Source: Rhina ancylostomus (taxonomy: Eukaryota). Taken from it: 64,000 nt of DNA. The DNA is taken from NCBI GenBank assembly GCA_030265395.1, contig JARFYF010000063.1, positions 104,089,635 through 104,153,634 on the forward strand, written 5' to 3'. Position numbers and translations under genes: made by a program. A model generated the notes under the pieces. The model was not told the DNA's origin. It saw only the letters and a program-made list of their open reading frames with translations, and searched no databases. Each line of letters begins with the position of its first letter. Within the stretch, counting starts at the first letter, position 1. This document shows, piece after piece, positions 37,924-49,489 of this stretch.

Positions 37924-38439
37924 CAAAGCAACTGTATTTGGCATGTGAATGGAAAAGCCATTGGAAATGGAATTGCTTTATTATTGTCATTTGTACTGAG
38001 GTACAATGAAAAATTTGTTTTGCATACTGTTCATATAGATTGAATACACAGTGCATTGAGGTAGTACAGATTAAAGCAATAGAGAATGTAGAATAATATG
38101 CAACAGTTACAGAGAAAGTGCAATGCAGGTAGAATAAAGGGAAAATGAAGGGAATATCTTTGATAGGGTGAGGTCTGGGTTGTTTTGGGGATAAGCAGTT
38201 GATAAATTTATCTGGATGATGGGTTAATGAAGGCATTTTGTGAGTAATAATACAAACAAAGAAATGTAAAAGCTATTAGATAGACAGTTGGAGATCCATC
38301 TTTAATGCATATTCTTCCATTTAATGTATTTTTTTTCTCATGTAGCATCAACAACAGTCGTGGACACTTCAGGGTTTTCAACTTCTCTATGGTTATCAAA
38401 GGAATGTGACAATTTGAAACATGAGCTGTAGTGAATGCT

Positions 38440-39492
38440 GTGCAGGTCAGACCATCAGACCATGCTAATGGAGAGAGAAAAACTGAGTCAATATTACAGT
38501 GCCATTTTAATTCCCTATCCCACTCAAACTCTGGCCTGTCTGTCTGTGGCCTCCTGCACTGACATAACAAGGCCAATATAAGCTTGAGGAACAGCATCCT
38601 TCTTCTCTTTGGGCATGTTTCAGCCTTTCTGACTCAATTTTGAAGTCAACAGTTTCAAGTAACACTCTCTTTCTCTTTGTATCAGAACTGTCAGTTTGCT
38701 GATGGTCATCCATCTGTATTTGTGGCTCAGTTTTTCTCCTATGTTAGCATGCTCTGGTCTACTTAGCACTCCCTACAGCCCTGTATTTTGCAGATTTTAC
38801 TTTCCTCAGTTTGTGTTCTCTCTCTAAATACCTTCACCTCACAACTTTTAAGTTTCTTCATGTTATTTCTCTCTAAATGCTCTTGTTACCCACTAAGCAG
38901 ATGACTTCATCAACAGCTGATTCCCCATTGCAACCTAGACGTCCTATCAGAGAAATTCCTTTTATCCTGTTTATCCTCCCCCATCATCTCTGCAACTTAG
39001 AACAAATATATAATACTAATATTAATATTAAATACTATTAAGTAGGACAGGCACAGTAGTGTAGGGCAGGCACAGTAGTGTAGCAGTTAGTGTAATGCTA
39101 TTACAGTGCCAGCAACCCAGGTTCAATTCTGGCCGCAGTCTGTAAGGAGGTTGTACATTCTCCCGGTATCTGTGTGGGTTTCCTCCGGGTGCTCCAGTTT
39201 CTTCCCTCATTCTAAGGACATACAGGTTAGGAAGTTGTGGCATGCTATGTTGGCACCAGAAGCGTGGTGACACTTGCGGGCTGCCCCCAGAACACTCTAC
39301 GCAAATAGATGCATTTCACTGTGTGTTTCAATGTACATGTGATGAATAAAGATATCATATCTAATCTTACCTTATCTTAATATTTTCACTCTTTGACAAA
39401 GGGTCTTTGACCTGGAATGTTAACTGTGCCTCTCCACAGATGCTGTGTGAACTGCTTAGTGTTTCCAGCATCTTCTGTTTTTATTTCTGTCC
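38440..39492 (+). mobile_element. Decayed Penelope-like 3' region, interrupted by a SINE at 39048-39379
   Basis: gccattttaattccctatcccactc...ggcctcctgcactg...aagcttgaggaacagcatc is homologous to 50390-50530; terminal arm ccacagatgctgtgtgaactgcttagtgtttccagcatc. Confidence 0.55.
39048..39379 (+). mobile_element. tRNA-derived V-domain SINE with a duplicated 5' end
   Basis: caggcacagtagtgtag occurs twice (39048, 39067); full body; atcttaccttatctta tail. Confidence 0.9.
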
Positions 39493-39714
39493 CAATTTTG
39501 CAAGAACAGATGGTCCCCAGCCCATGTGATTGAAATGGATCTAAATTAAAATTGCCCAGGCCTACTTTCTGCAGCTGGAAGCGAGTTTCAAATTTAGCTT
39601 AATATCCACTCATACAAATTCCACGATTGGAGGCAAATAGTCTGGCAATTTACAAGGAGTGACATATAAAATTATAAAAGCACATTTGCCAGATTGTGCA
39701 TGAATATTAATAAC

Positions 39715-40019
39715 CTGGTGCCACGGTAGTGTAGCGGTTACCGTAACGCTATTACAGCACCAGCAACTCGGGTTAAGTTCCGGCCGCTGTCTGTAAGGAG
39801 TTTGTATGTTCTCCCCATGTATCTGCGTGGGTTTCCTCCGGGCGCTCTGGTTTCCTCCCACATTCCAAAAGATGTACAGGTTAGAAGTTGTGGGCATGCT
39901 ATGTTGGCACCGGAAGAGTGGCGACATTTGCGGGCTGCCCCCAGCACATTCTCAGGAACGCAAAAAGATGCATTTCACTGTGTGTTTCGATATGACAAAT
40001 AAATAAATAATTTATCTTA
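39715..40019 (+). mobile_element. tRNA-derived V-domain SINE (CpG-rich, relatively young)
   Basis: gccacggtagtgtagcggttaccgtaacgctattacagc...tgcgtgggtttcctccgggcgctctggtttcctcccacattccaaaag. Confidence 0.9.
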
Positions 40020-43000
40020 CCAATGTTGTTGAGGAGAGTGTACTTTCTTTTTTGGTAAGGGGTTTTGATAAATGTTACTGACAACCAAGTGTGGAAAAGG
40101 CAAAATTATAGCTACTTTCCTAAGCACTTCTGATGCATCTGGATTTTGTGCCTTGCTGCAAGTTTGCTCGGCTCTATTGTCTTTGGCTCTAATGTCTTAT
40201 TGCTATCAGAGATAGCCATATAAGGCAGATGAGCCATATGTTGTTTTACAGAGTATAGCCTGCCAACGCAGGCCCAATAATTTGTTGAATGTGGAGCACA
40301 GTGACATAGCATGTTAATTGCTAGCCAACTTCTTTATCACAACAAACTGTTTATGTTTTACCCAACCGTTGGCCATGAATGACTTTCTTCTGATAATAAG
40401 GAAGGTCAACAGGCAGAATAATTTTATTGGAACTGCATGTTCTGATTTATGTCTGCAATAATCCAAGTCAAAATAAAAATTTCAAATGATAATTGGAAGT
40501 AGTTGCATAAGATAAGTGGGACAGAAATCAAATACAGTATCTTGTAAATTGCAGTATCTTTGGCTATTAACCAGCTCTGTGCCTCAAATCCAGTTACCAC
40601 CTTTGCTCCAAATCTCAGTTGCCTAAACTTACAGAACTTCCTTTTCAGTTTTGATATTTTATGATGATTTAAGCTACAGAATTTTAGGGGAGTAATTCCA
40701 GATTTCCACAGTCCTTTTCTGTGAAGAAACCCTTTTTGATTTTGGCCCTGACTGGCCAGTCTCTAATTTGATGGCTGTGGCCTGTTGTTCTGGAATCTTT
40801 TACCAGAAGTATTCATTTCTCTCCATTTAGTCTACTAATTTCTTTAATTATCTTGATTTGGTTATCAAATGGGTTTATCTTTTATGGACTCTGCTATTGC
40901 TTTTGGGGGACCAAAATGATACTTGATCATTCAAATGTCGATGAAGGAATTAGTGTGCATGAAATTCTGTGGAAGCATGCAGCTTAGGTAGATCAGATGT
41001 CAATCAGGGTACCTTTCCAATTTGATGCCATTGGCATTATCGAATTCAAAGTTCAAGCTTATCATCTCTCTTAATCTCATAGAACTCTTTACATGTTAAG
41101 CAAGAGCAAGAACCAAACCCCATCCTATCTCTAATCCCAACCTCCAGGAACTATTCCATTTAGAGGGATCATCAATTGCTTAGATGCTACTTGCTGGATG
41201 ATTTCTTCAGATTGTTAATATGATCCTATAAGTGTTTGATGTTTTCCACAATGTTTTGCCTACAGGGGATTGAATAGCAGGTGCTAAGGATTTTTGATGA
41301 CTTCAAGGCATCTGCTGAAACCATTTCCTCCCAGGTATTACTGGGCATTCCCCTCAGAATATAACATGAACAGCAGAATGAGCAAACAATACCCAAAACA
41401 AGACACAATGTTCGAAGAGGGAAAGAGGGCAAGGGTTCTAGCTGGAGTCATATCTGCCCCCGGCATTCAGAGAGCAATTTTCCTATTTGAATGCGATCAA
41501 GGAACATTGTGTGAGATATCTGTGTTGGAGTAGGAGATATTTGCAACATCTCACAAAATGTACTCCGCAGTTATGTGATGTTTCAGGGCTGAAATCAAAA
41601 AGATTCCTACATAAAAACTGATAGTGGAAATTTGGAACAAACACAAAAACTGGTAAGACTTGGACATTTAAAAGCTGAAATCGGATTTACGTAGAGTGTG
41701 GCATCTAAGCTATAGAATAAAGCTCGTTTGAGGTACAGGCCAACTATCACCTGACTGACTGGAGAAACAGGGTCAAGGAGCTGAATAGTCAATTCAAAAA
41801 TAATTAACAAAATTTTATTTGCTTGCACCAGAGCCTAATGGATGGAGAATGCACAACATTGGACTGCAGACATCCCCTCATGAGATGGTGTGATTAATTG
41901 CACTGTAGCATGTCAAACCGTCTGTGTACCAGAAGTGAAGAGGATTTTATTCCAACTTGTATGCAACCAAATACAGAGAATCTTGCTGATCATGAATCGT
42001 GCTGGTGCTATGCCAGCAGTTATGATGCCATCATTTTGCTGCAGGGTTATTTGCAATTTAAGCCAAAATAGAGTGGCTACAACATAATGTGCAAATGTGC
42101 CTGACATACATGCAATGCTGCCATGTGAAATCTTGACACAGTGGATATCAAGATGGTCTGCTGTGTGATCTGGCCATCATGGACAGTCCAATTCAAAGTA
42201 TGCCAGCATCCTTTATCATTAGCTGTGTTATTACTTGGCTGTTTATTAGTTTTTTTTAGCAATTTCTGCACATGTATTCCCAAATCTCTGCTCCTTGCAG
42301 CTTCCTGCTTCTCATCTATTAAATATAGCTTTCTTCAGTCCAAAGTAGATGATCCTGCCTTCCCTCAACACTAAATTACAGCTACCACACATGTTCACTA
42401 CCTAATCTAGATATATTCCTTTGCAACTATTCCTTTTATCTACAGTAAATGTGACAATTAATAATGTCATGAGCACACGTTGAAAAATGACATATTGTAG
42501 ACTTGTTAGTGCATTTTTGTAATGAGGTGTGCTGTTGATTTGGTTTGGGGTAGGAACATTTTTAAAAAATGAGATTAATGAACTGAGAATGGCTGATTCA
42601 TCCAAGAAACAAAAACCTCGCATTTGCAGAGATGGCAAAAAATGTGATTATTCCACAGCATCATTTTCAATTCCATGGTTTTAATTATTTGAATTGCACA
42701 GAGTTCTGCAGCAAAAATGTGAGTCAGGTTTTTTTAATAATTTGCTCTTTATGTTTGATTGCCAACAAAAATCCATTGTATTATGCATTTTTAAAAAATC
42801 GTAAATATTAGTTGTTTTGCCATTTTGGGTCACGGGATACAATCGTATTGGATGGGCACATGATCGTAACAACCATTTTAAAAAATTAAGTCGAAAGTGG
42901 ATGATCTCGCACAGGCTTTATGTCGTGTATTCTACAAGACAATATTTTTGAAAGCAACTGGAAAAGCTAAACATAATTCAAAACAAGATTGCAAGGTTTA

Positions 43001-43280
43001 CGAAACGCTGATAATACTGAGCAGAATGCAACATTTAACATTTCTTCACCAAAGGAACAATGATGTCATATCAGCAGATTTTGTAATTGGCTTACTGAAA
43101 GCCGAAACACCAGCTCAAAAGCGGTTTTTTAGTTTTTCAAATCAAATTAACACCAAAGGAAAGAGAATTAAATCCCCTTGTACTCAAACAGATTTATCCT
43201 CTTTCTTTGTTAATATTTGCAATAAAAAAATCTTAATCAGAATTTCGTTCCCCCCCTCCCCATCAGTCCGATTACTAACA

Positions 43281-43540
43281 GCCCATTGGACAGATCGGGT
43301 GTCAATCACTTCGTCCTGCATTCCTTCCACCTGCGCATCTGATTGGCCAATTATTCCGACTCTCCTTTGGGTGGGCACCATGATTCGCTAATGGCTTCCC
43401 TGGCTTCGTCCGTGCTCCTCCTGTCTCGGCGGTTGATTGGTTAGAAAACGCGTCAATTCTTGACGGAGCCCAACCGCCGGTTTAATTCGCTCGGAGCCGC
43501 CGTCAATCATCACCCCACCCACCAAACGGCGACGTCAGCG
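43281..43540 (+). promoter_or_regulatory. FLVCR1 proximal promoter: CCAAT/NF-Y boxes, CRE half-sites, SRE-1
   Basis: ATTGG at 43285, 43342 and 43436; CCAAT at 43347; CGTCA/TGACG at 43451, 43461 and 43501; CGACGTCA at 43530-43537; ATCACCCCAC at 43509-43518. Confidence 0.7.
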
Positions 43541-43755
43541 CAGGATAAACGGCTACATCCCCCCCGTCTTCGTCTCATTCACTTAGGAAGCGTCTGCGAG
43601 TTTAAATATAAGGAGAAATTTACTATACATTTCACCCAATTTTACACAGACCAGACACACACAAGTAAATTTTAATTGTCAAGCAGATATATAATCCGCT
43701 TTTATAGGTTATAAAAGAGGTATATATCTTATTTAACGTCGAAATAATATTGAAA

Positions 43756-44391
43756 ATGAAACAAAAGGTGACAATGGTGGACGTCGAAGGAACAGGATGT
43801 CCTGCCACAAAGACGGCATCCACCGTTTGCAGCAAAAATGTGATCATCAATGGTCATGTGGAAGTGGCGGAGCGCGAAGGTACGGCCGTGAAAGGTGCGC
43901 GGTCTCCGGAAGAGAGGGAGGCCATGCTGACTGGCGATGTGAAGCCGATCGAGTGCCGGGTTTACTGGACCAGGTTCGTGATCCTGATCGTGTTCAGCCT
44001 CTACTCGATGGTGAACGCCTTCCAGTGGATCCAGTACAGCATCATCTCCAACATCTTCAGCACTTTCTACCAAGTCTCCTACGAGCAGATCGACTGGCTG
44101 TCGGTGGTCTACATGCTGGTCTACGTCCCCCTCATCTTCCCCGCCGCCTGGCTGCTCGACAAGAAGGGCTTGAGGATCGTGGCGTTGCTGGGTTCCGGCC
44201 TCAACTGCATCGGAGCGTGGATTAAAATCGCAAGCGTAAGGCGAGACCTGTTTGGGGTGACCATGTTCGCCCAAACGGTCTGTTCCATCGCTCAGATTTT
44301 TATCCTCGGTCTGCCCTCTCGAGTGGCCTCCGTATGGTTCGGGCCTCGAGAGGTATCTACGGCGTGCGCCGCCGCCGTCCTGGGCAATCAG
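43756..44391 (+). CDS. FLVCR1: FLVCR1 coding exon 1 (MFS choline/ethanolamine transporter, formerly described as a heme exporter; N-terminus and first TM helices). Alternative in-frame start ATG at 43774 in stronger Kozak context (acaATGG)
   Basis: Translates to ...[29 protein letters not shown]...[29 protein letters not shown]...[37 protein letters not shown], ending CAG|gtaagg in phase 0 (636 nt). [14 protein letters not shown] is FLVCR1-type, not FLVCR2-type (CNSFQWIQYGSINN). Confidence 0.95.
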
Positions 44392-46459
44392 GTAAGGGGC
44401 AAGAGGGGCTTCGAGTTTCTCCCGTCTCACCGCGGGAGGAGGAGGAGGAGGGGCGCCAGTTCCCGCCGCCAGCGTGTCGCCCGCTGCAATTCCGCGACGC
44501 AGAGGGGGAGCGTAAACTTGTGCGGCGNNNNNNNNNNNNNNNNNNNNNNNNNNNNNNNNNNNNNNNNNNNNNNNNNNNNNNNNNNNNNNNNNNNNNNNNN
44601 NNNNNNNNNNNNNNNNNNNNNNNNNNNNNNNNNNNNNNNNNNNNNNNNNNNNNNNNNNNNNNNNNNNNNNNNNNNNNNNNNNNNNNNNNNNNNNNNNNNN
44701 NNNNNNNNNNNNNNNNNNNNNNNNNNNNNNNNNNNGCTGCCTTCGCACTCTAATTAGAGTGCCTTCCTTCCCTTTCCGCCGACACGCTTCCACCCTTCCC
44801 GCCCCCCCCGGGGATTTTTCGGGTCTGCGAATGTTCTAGAAGGCCCCGTCCCACAACGATGTAGTCGCGCTGCAGTGTTTTTTAAGAAAAAGATGTAAAC
44901 GCTCCTTTTCTCCTGTAATTTGAAGGAGATTCTTTCAAGGAGGTCTGATGTTTGATCGCTGTCCCTCTTGGACCACCCGCACTTGAAATTCTCCGTGTGG
45001 CGCGGTTAATGGAGGTCTCCTCCCCACCTTATTAGGAGGAGGGGGGTGGGGATCGCAGAAAGGCGCGCCAGCATTTCCCTGACATTGGTTTTTGTCTCTG
45101 GTTCCGTCTCAGTATCTCCACTTGCATTCTCTGCCCAAACACGACGTCCAAGTCACATTTTCTCGCCCTTCGAGTTGAGGACACGTAGCTTAATCATATG
45201 CATGCACTATTTGGTGGATTTCATTCCATGTTCTGTGAGAGATGCATGCGTCATGTTTCGATCACAGGTGATTGCAAAGAAGATGAATGTTAATAACACA
45301 TTGCTGAGGAAATCTGTATCCTAATTAGCTACCTGCTATAACTGATATCTCGGTCCATTATTAACTCCTTTGGCAATGCGATCATTTACGCCATCAATAA
45401 TGTTGCGCAAGATGAGACTCTTAAATGGAGTACTCTTCACCTTCGGTGGAGGAAAATTCCATTAGAGGATAAGCCAGCAGCCGTGTCCTAGCCCTTGGGC
45501 ATAAGGTCACTGAACTGGGCAGCTTAGAACTGACAAATCACAGCCAAATTGTCAATTCTTTTCATCGTTAACCAGTGAAATTCCTGAAATTCTGGTCTCC
45601 ATTGTTAAGAGTCGGTTTGGTTTGTGAGGATTCATTGTTTAGTTTTAGATATGATCTTTGATTTTCCATTCCTTTTTTGATCGATCTTGCCTTTTGATCT
45701 TAGTTGCTTTCTTCTTCTTACTGTTTCAGATCATGGCATGATTTGATATATGTAATTTCGAAGGGTTGATGAGAATAGATTTTCCTAGCCCCTTCCCCTT
45801 TCTGTTTGGGCCGTGGCGGTTTCTGTGCCCAGGAATGCCCTCTCTTTCTCACTATTAATGATGGATGCATTCAGAATTAATTCTGATCTTTTCTTGATTT
45901 TTGTTTTCACCCCCCCAGTTTTCCCTTTTTTTTTGCTAAAGGGAGTCTTTAAGGTAGTGGTGTCCACTTTGAGCAGCCAATTTTGTTACTGTTTGTATGC
46001 TTTAACATGTCTTCTATTTTCTCTTAAAATCTGACAAATAAAATATTTTGTTTAAAAAAAAGGAAAATTCCAGAAAATTTCTGTGCCATGCTACTGAACT
46101 TTAAAAATACTTTTAAAAAATTCTCAAGGGATGGTCGACGAGGAATTCTACCATTTCATCAGTTTCATACAGAAGTTGATCAATTCTCTCGTACTGAAGG
46201 AGAAAGTGGATTGAGACATTTTGAGTTATCTAATTACTTGAAACATAACAGACAAAACTTTAAAAAGATGTGCCATTATTGATACTTTTAAGATTAAAAA
46301 CATAACAGGTGAGGCAAACTACTATGATGCAGCTGAGAAATCCTTTTGCTGAAGATCATAGAATGATTAGCCCAGCTAGAAAAATCCAGTGAGGCACTAA
46401 ACACGTAGCTTCAATCAAACATTGTAGCTTCAGCTTCAATCAATTAGCAGCGTTGTGAG

Positions 46460-47680
46460 ACTTTACAAATGTGACACCAACCATAATACTGGGCATAGAT
46501 GGAACATTGGAAACTTCTGACTTGCAAGCTTCAGGCATAGAACAAACACAGAATTGTGATAGCACTCATTTCAGCTTAGCAACATATATCATGACTAGCA
46601 GAGCACATAGTTCCATGGAGCAAAATAGGATCTTCAAATGATTCTTGCAATAATGATCCTACAAGGAGGATGAAAATCCTGTCCCGCCAGAGGTAAACTG
46701 CAGATTGCTCAGTACACAAAATCATTTTGCGGGATGGTGCTAAGTCATTGAAGTGTTCTGCATGAAGAACTGCAACTCAAATCTTTGGAAGAAGGTAAAC
46801 CAAGTAATACAGCCAGAAGACGATAATCTGTCTGTATAAATCCTAATACAGCATAGGTGACAGATGAAACATATCATCATGTAACCTACTCAAATTACTG
46901 GTGAGCCAAGTGGCCACGTTGAGCATCCTTGTGCAAGAAGTGATAGACACTGGAGTAAGTGCAGGCTTACTCAACAAGAGTGCCTATAACAAATGTTACA
47001 GTCTTTCGTTCGGTGGCAGGCAATTCTGGTTGAATAATGCACCTTGCGGCTAATGACTGAAGTTTGGAGCCAAATTTTTTTGAAACTTGACTCATCGCAG
47101 AATGTCATTGAATCGGTTGCTGAATCCAGGTATATATTCTATAATGCGGATATTATGAACAACGTAATAATGGAATTTCTTCAGCAGCATTCCAAATCGC
47201 TACCCAGCATACTTTATTGGCATACTTGGATATCATTGCTCCATGCAGCCCAAGTGAGGTAAGAAGCCTACTGGGAATGGTAAACGATTATGCCTGATTT
47301 TGCCACAATCACCCAACCCATTGTGGGAGCTGACGAGAAAGAATGTTAGTTACAGCTGGGAGCTGAAGCAACAAACTAATTAGCAAGTAACAAGATAATG
47401 GCACATGTTCGGCCAAGTTGGCTGTAAGTTCTGTAGAACAAAGTCTAGTTAGTCAAGAGCTGTCCTTTGTGTTCATCTCAGGATATGGTTTATATATTAG
47501 ATTATTTGAGAAGGATACTGCACCTGTTGAACAATATGTACTCACAAATCCAACATGAAGTACTAGGCAACACATGGAGCTCTGAAAATGTTCATTTGTA
47601 CATCTGGAGCTCAGTACACAATAGTTGATTACTGATCAGAAAACTGGAGGGCATTTGACAACTTAAAATCTGGAGGACTT
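46460..47680 (+). mobile_element. Highly decayed, internally deleted Ty3/Gypsy LTR retrotransposon interior in FLVCR1 intron 1
   Basis: Gag knuckle CPARGK..C....NHFAGWC (~46680-46740); protease IDTGVSAGLLNKSAY (~46942-46990); RT connection SEVRSLLGMVN..PDFATITQP..WELTRKN (~47250-47375); RNase H YSQIQHEVLG..WSSENVHLYI..ITDQKT (~47535-47645). Confidence 0.75.
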
Positions 47681-49489
47681 GTCACGACAGGCATAGACTT
47701 GCCAGTTAAGGTTTTCACATGTAGACATTCAGAATGGATTTTTGGATAGAAGTAACAAAAGTAATTTACGGCTACCCATGAAGTTAATTCTTTTGCACCT
47801 GCAGCTGCCACTTTGGTTCAGGTTGACTGATTTGGCACAGAGTTTATACTTTAATGTTTTGGTCTGTAGTACATTTATCACAGCCATTTAGGAACTTCTG
47901 CATTTACAATTTTAGATTAAGATTCAAGATTAGACTATGTTTCACTTTTCAAGAACAGGATTATTTGATTATCTTCAAACAATTTTTGCATGGATGCAAC
48001 CAATACAACATGAAATATTTGACATGACTTTTTTTTTGAACAAGTTAGGATGATTTCTACATTTTCTTGTACCTTTTGCACCATTCAGATGAGATTGCAT
48101 CATTCTTAGTTATAGTTATATCAGTGGATATTGGAAGTGTCATAGGACTTTAGTTTTGGAAATTAGTGGTGGAAAGGATTCCTGGTTGTAGGATTTAGGA
48201 TGCAGGNNNNNNNNNNNNNNNNNNNNNNNNNNNNNNNNNNNNNNNNNNNNNNNNNNNNNNNNNNNNNNNNNNNNNNNNNNNNNNNNNNNNNNNNNNNNNN
48301 NNNNNNTTAGGATGCAGGATTTATTTAGGTTGGGGAATAACACTTTTCTCCCCGAACTGCTCACCTTTCCTGAAAATTGTTCATCGCTTGTTGGCTTTTC
48401 AGTTACCTTCTCTGAAGCATATAGTGTGACTCTTAACCAAAAGATGGTGGGTTGCTCTCTTGAAGAGTTTTGTCACAAGTAACTTGCTGAGATACTTCAG
48501 AAATCAGTCGAGAGTCAACTATATGTTTAATTCTATTTTGCCAATTGCTTCTTGGTATCTCAGCAAAATAGCCAATGTTCATGTTGAAGGAGGACTTTAA
48601 CAAACCATTTGCCATGACGAGATATTTACTTCACCTAAATAATGGCACACTATTGTCTTTGGTCCTTGCCACAGATTCAGTTTTTTAAATCACTAATTCC
48701 ATTCCTCATAACTGTTTGCTCTCTGAAATTAAAAAGATTCTTACTGGCTAGCCCTGTTGTCCAGCTTGATACATAGCTAAAGGAGATTATTTCCATGTTG
48801 GTAGCATCCCTTACTCCAGCTCTGCGTTTGTTTGGCTTGTATGCCCTTTTCCTGCCCTTGCTTCCCAGAGGTGACTATTTGAATGGTTTTGAACAAGGTT
48901 ACCGTAAATTTAGTCTTATTCGTCTTTCTTCTTTGTATTTGCTCACTGGCCTATAGTGGCCCCAGGTGAACGACAGCCTTGATTTTTTTTAAGCCATTTT
49001 CATTTTCAAATCCCACCATTACTTTGCCCCTCATTACCTCTGTAATTTCTGCCAGACCTTCAGTCTTCTGATATTTTTGCACATTGATCATCCCAAAATT
49101 TATGTACGTTTCATTTGTGCCTTCTTGTTACCATGGCCCTAAGCTTTGGGATCCCTCTCGAAATAGATCTTCCTGTCTACTTTCTTCTCACTGGGATGCT
49201 TAATAAATCCTATAACTGACCAAGCATTTAGTTGTTATTCCCTTAAAACTCTGTTGAGGTCCTTTGGGATATATAACTGTTAAAGGAGCTATGCACTGCA
49301 AATCATTGGACAGTATAGCTGAGAGCTGTCATATTATTCATGTCTGGAAGTCCTCGTTTCCATCTCGCTGCTTTGCCCTAGTAGCATTATTGTCACTAAC
49401 ACTATTGTAGTTACCAGTGACAGAGTTAACTAACTTTATCGGGATAGACCAAAGTACCTTTGCATCTTATTTTACTGCCGTGTGATTGC

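Larger units (their letters stand above)
43240..45250. promoter_or_regulatory. CpG island over the FLVCR1 promoter, exon 1 and start of intron 1
   Basis: Sharp rise in CG dinucleotides and GC content relative to the CpG-depleted flanks; interrupted by an N gap at 44528-44734. Confidence 0.85.

Noticed and set aside
11852-40006. Recurrent similar short ORFs (e.g. FPPTFQK, MLAPEEWRHL)
   Set aside because: Translations of V-SINE copies, not a gene family. The SINE heads are also not functional tRNA genes.
1-43200. Upstream neighbour genes such as SPATA45 or TATDN3, expected from human synteny
   Set aside because: No recognisable motifs found by eye in the ORF track or a partial frame scan. Small exons could have been missed; tBLASTn is needed.
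44392-44757. Arg-rich C-terminal extension of the 335-aa ORF
   Set aside because: Read-through past the canonical donor at 44392 into intron 1; homology ends at LGNQ.
43729-44793. 354-aa minus-strand ORF
   Set aside because: Antisense shadow of the GC-rich FLVCR1 exon 1, inflated by an N gap; no recognisable protein.
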